NCBI GenBank assembly: GCA_023137195.1
Contig: JAGLPV010000028.1
Location: forward strand, 1 to 27,105
Reading direction: 5' to 3'
Length of the DNA: 27,105 nt
Source: Candidatus Aenigmatarchaeota archaeon
GTDB lineage: Archaea; EX4484-52
In this document: piece by piece, positions 24,001-27,105 of the stretch
Position numbering within the stretch: position 1 is the stretch's first letter
Layout: each line of letters starts with the position of its first letter
Made by a program: the position numbers and the translations under genes
Notes under the pieces: model-generated
The model's input: the letters and a program-made list of their open reading frames with translations, nothing else
Databases searched by the model: none
Told to the model about the DNA's origin: nothing

Positions 24001-26119
24001 AAAATATTTTTTTTTTATAATAATTTTTGCGATTTTTTCTCCATTAGTTAGCCATTGCTATGACGAGCATTCTGTATATTCATCAACAGATATAAAAGAA
24101 GATTATTGCACATTGAATGTAAGCCCTCTTCAGATAAATATCTCTGTTCTTATTGGCAGTTCTAACTGCAGTTATTTTAGCGTGTATGCAGGAGATGACG
24201 GGAATTATCTAAATGTCAATTTAACAACAGCGGATTACAGAAACTGGACTGTGGTTAATAAAACTTACCTGGAATTATTGCCTGCCAAAACATATAATGT
24301 GAGTTTTAATATAACTGTCTGGGAAGTGCCCTCTCCCAAGACGCATAATTCTTTGATTTATATTAATTCTACAGACGGGCAAAGCAAGCATGTAAATATC
24401 ACAACAACTGTGGTTGGTGTCGGAAGAATAAACCTGACGGTAAATGATACTTCGGGAAATAAAATAGGAAATGCAAGTGTTTTTATCTGGTGTCCTGGTT
24501 CAAATTATTCCGGTTTTACTGACAGCCAAGGCAATTTTTTGTCTGGCTGGCTTCCTGAAAACAATTATACAATCAATGTCTCAAAGGATTGTTATGGTAA
24601 CGAGAGCATGTATGTTGAAGTATGCAATGAAAGCACATTTGATTTCCATATTACATTGAGTCCCGAGTTTCCCCCTTATTTTACCAATATTTTTCCTATA
24701 ACTGGCTCATATACCCACAGGAGCGACAACAATCCAACCCCTACACAAAATGTGGATTTTTGGGTATATGTCAGCGACGATGATAATACGCCTGATGAAC
24801 TGACAGTGATGTTTTATTATTCTACAGATAATAAGCAGACATGGCTTAGCAAAGAAATGAGTTATGATAATATGACAGACACGTGGAATACGCAACTGGG
24901 CAACTATGCGCCCCAGACAGCAGTGTATTATTATGTTACGGCGACAGATAATATTACAATCGTCCGTACGCCTGTGATAGGTTATGATTATCTTGTGTGG
25001 GACAATCCACCCATCCCTCCTTCATCAAGCACTTCTTCGGGGGGCAGTGATGAAGGAGGTAGTTCTTCTTCAGGCGGGGTGCTGCCAAGACCAGAGACTG
25101 ATGATATTTTAAGGATAGAAATAATAAAATATCCCCTGGAAATAAAGGCAACACAAGGGGATTCAAAACTTTTTTCCGTCACTGTAAAAAATACAGGCAA
25201 TATTACTTTGAAAAATATCCGGCTTTATATCGGAGGTCTTTTTCCTACTAAGATAAGTCCTGTAGAAATTGAAGAGATGGAGCCTGGTTCAAGGAAACTT
25301 TATCTGGTTGAAATCAATGTTTCAGAAGATACGGAGCCTGGAAATTACACCCTGTTGCTAAAGGCAATTTCGGATGAGACAAGTGCAGACAAGACAACAA
25401 CCCTTATTGTTCTTAAGAAAGCAGACAAACCGCAGGAAAATTTAACGAATGAGGAATTGAGGAGAGCGTTGGATGAGTTAAAGCAAATGATAGATATTGT
25501 CTGGGACGAGGCAGTGAGGACAGGGCTGAAAGGAAAAAACGTCACGAAAGTTTTTGAAATACTTAAAGAGACAAAGGAGTCTTATGCTCTTGCGGAAGTT
25601 TACTTTGGAGAAAAGGATTATGACAGGACATGGACCCAGATAGGGAAAACAAAAAAATTATTGGAAGAAGCTGTAAAAGAATTAAGCAGGTTAAAGTTCC
25701 CTAAGTTGATTTGTCCTATTATAAATCACTCTTTTTTGTCTATTTGTGTTTTATGGTGGATTTTAATATTGGTTCTTCTTGCGATAACTTTTGTTTTGTT
25801 TTTTGAAAGAGAGAAATTCAGGAGCCTTTTGAGGGCGATGAGGAAAACAGAGGAATGGCGCAGGATAAAGGAGCGGATAAGGGAAAGAACAAAGAGAGAT
25901 TCACCCGGCAGAATGTCGATACACGATATGATCAAGGAGTATCATTACATACTAAGAAAAATGAAGGAAAAAGAGAAAAAAGGAGAAGATGTGCGTCTCA
26001 TAAAAATGCGTACAGAGACTCTCCTGGATGAGATAAAACTATTGAAAAATTCAGGCGAAAAAAGAAGAGAAAACATGAAAAAGAAGCTCCGAAGAATGAA
26101 GGAATTATTGAGTGATTGA
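23975..26119 (+). CDS. Multidomain membrane-anchored surface glycoprotein (Ig-like, carboxypeptidase-regulatory-like and CARDB/NEW3-like domains, helical stalk, TM)
   Basis: Signal peptide; many sequons; TDSQG.F; Ser/Gly linker; VKNTGNITLKNI...PGNYTL; amphipathic helices; TM near aa 590-612; charged cytoplasmic tail. Confidence 0.82.
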   Translation: MYGITKRSKKYFFFIIIFAIFSPLVSHCYDEHSVYSSTDIKEDYCTLNVSPLQINISVLIGSSNCSYFSVYAGDDGNYLNVNLTTADYRNWTVVNKTYLELLPAKTYNVSFNITVWEVPSPKTHNSLIYINSTDGQSKHVNITTTVVGVGRINLTVNDTSGNKIGNASVFIWCPGSNYSGFTDSQGNFLSGWLPENNYTINVSKDCYGNESMYVEVCNESTFDFHITLSPEFPPYFTNIFPITGSYTHRSDNNPTPTQNVDFWVYVSDDDNTPDELTVMFYYSTDNKQTWLSKEMSYDNMTDTWNTQLGNYAPQTAVYYYVTATDNITIVRTPVIGYDYLVWDNPPIPPSSSTSSGGSDEGGSSSSGGVLPRPETDDILRIEIIKYPLEIKATQGDSKLFSVTVKNTGNITLKNIRLYIGGLFPTKISPVEIEEMEPGSRKLYLVEINVSEDTEPGNYTLLLKAISDETSADKTTTLIVLKKADKPQENLTNEELRRALDELKQMIDIVWDEAVRTGLKGKNVTKVFEILKETKESYALAEVYFGEKDYDRTWTQIGKTKKLLEEAVKELSRLKFPKLICPIINHSFLSICVLWWILILVLLAITFVLFFEREKFRSLLRAMRKTEEWRRIKERIRERTKRDSPGRMSIHDMIKEYHYILRKMKEKEKKGEDVRLIKMRTETLLDEIKLLKNSGEKRRENMKKKLRRMKELLSD

Positions 26120-26254
26120 CAAGGGCAAAAAATGTCTATTTAAGAAAGAGAAAAAAAGAGTTTAACTTTTCTGTTTTTCTTTTTAGAGTGCTGTTTTTTA
26201 TATTTTCCGTCGTGTAAACAAAAAGATATATAAACATAATAAACACTATTTTGT

Positions 26255-27105
26255 ATGCGAAAAATCGATGAAAAATCCTGTGTATTTTATGGCAAGATAT
26301 GGGATTTTTTGGCATTATATTTAGGGTATTTTGCACAAAATTCACGCTTTATAGACGGGAAGAAAAAATCGCAGACGAACCTCAGATTTAACGCTTTTGT
26401 ATTGGCTTTTATTGTTATTTTTGCATCATTATTTCTTATTTCTTCAACTACTGATTTTTGGACATACGGGATGAAAAAAACAGACATCATTACAATAAAT
26501 TCGCCTGTTTCAGATTTGGTTTTTGATTCCGGAAATATTTTAATAAATGTAACTTCCCTGGTGGCAGATATTGATTACATCTACGTGTCTGTTTTTCAAA
26601 ATAAGACAATAATAAATTCAACAGCAATCCGGATAAACAAAGAGATGAATAAAACAACAGTGTCGGATTTATTTGTTTTATATGACGGAATGTATAACAT
26701 TACATTTACGATATATGGTTCGGAAGAGAATGATACATTGTCTACTGTTTATGTTGTAGAAAATGTTTCTGTGGTAACGAGGATGAGTAATTCCCCTGCT
26801 GAATTAGAAGACAATAATACAATCATTGAAAACAAGACATTGTCTGAAATTCCTCAAATATACGAGATTGTTTCAAATTCTTATTCTATATTTTTGGGAG
26901 ACATATTGTCTGTTTTTGCAAGACTGAGTTATTCAGACAAGATGCCTGTCCAAAACAGCACGCTTACTTACCTGGAGGGTCAGATGATTTTGGGTCGCAA
27001 CAATACAGATTCAGACGGATGGTCTGTGTTGAACATAAATACAAGCAACAAAACAGTTGGAAATCATACGATTAATGTGACTTCTGTTTTTGGGACATAT
27101 AATAC
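26255..27105 (+). CDS. Large surface protein with N-terminal TM and Ig-like domains (3'-truncated; not in the ORF track)
   Basis: Frame is open from ATG 26255 to the window end: MRKIDEK...AFVLAFIVIFASLFLIS...ITINSP...DGMYNITF...TDSDGWS...GNHTINVT; TATA-like GATATATAAA about 22 bp upstream. Confidence 0.8.
   Translation, partial: MRKIDEKSCVFYGKIWDFLALYLGYFAQNSRFIDGKKKSQTNLRFNAFVLAFIVIFASLFLISSTTDFWTYGMKKTDIITINSPVSDLVFDSGNILINVTSLVADIDYIYVSVFQNKTIINSTAIRINKEMNKTTVSDLFVLYDGMYNITFTIYGSEENDTLSTVYVVENVSVVTRMSNSPAELEDNNTIIENKTLSEIPQIYEIVSNSYSIFLGDILSVFARLSYSDKMPVQNSTLTYLEGQMILGRNNTDSDGWSVLNINTSNKTVGNHTINVTSVFGTYN

Noticed and set aside
26140-26200. Terminator hairpin after the 714-aa gene
   Set aside because: Only low-complexity purine/pyrimidine complementarity; the T-tracts are compatible with archaeal termination but not diagnostic

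Overview
AT-rich archaeal window, probably from a DPANN-type lineage (inferred from the divergent 23S rRNA with no 5S downstream, TATA boxes about 25 bp before start codons, and a class I GAPDH). From left to right: (1) the 3' end of 23S rRNA. (2) A ~4.4-kb toxin-antitoxin/defence islet with a Doc-type Fic protein, an unannotated convergent 34-aa peptide, a chimeric HicB-like antitoxin, a MazF/PemK pair, a GxxExxY PD-(D/E)XK-like protein and an AlbA_2/RecG-C-like protein. (3) A ~15-kb surface-glycosylation cluster with a flippase, an O-acetyltransferase, three GT4s, a GT2, a 1354-aa GT2+ArnT/PMT fusion, an LPG-synthase-TM flippase, GDP-mannose dehydratase and an SDR epimerase. (4) An orphan hicB, gap and a GT28-like gene. 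(5) An operon of secreted or membrane-anchored beta-sandwich proteins. The most striking unexplained signal is a family of modular palindromic elements (ATCCAC...GTGGAT, 100-175 bp). These bracket the GxxExxY gene, sit right at gene 3' ends, occur nested and in tandem, and carry internal hairpins with compensatory changes. They are a candidate REP/attC-like system whose partner enzyme may be the GxxExxY protein. All family assignments come from motif recognition, not database searches.
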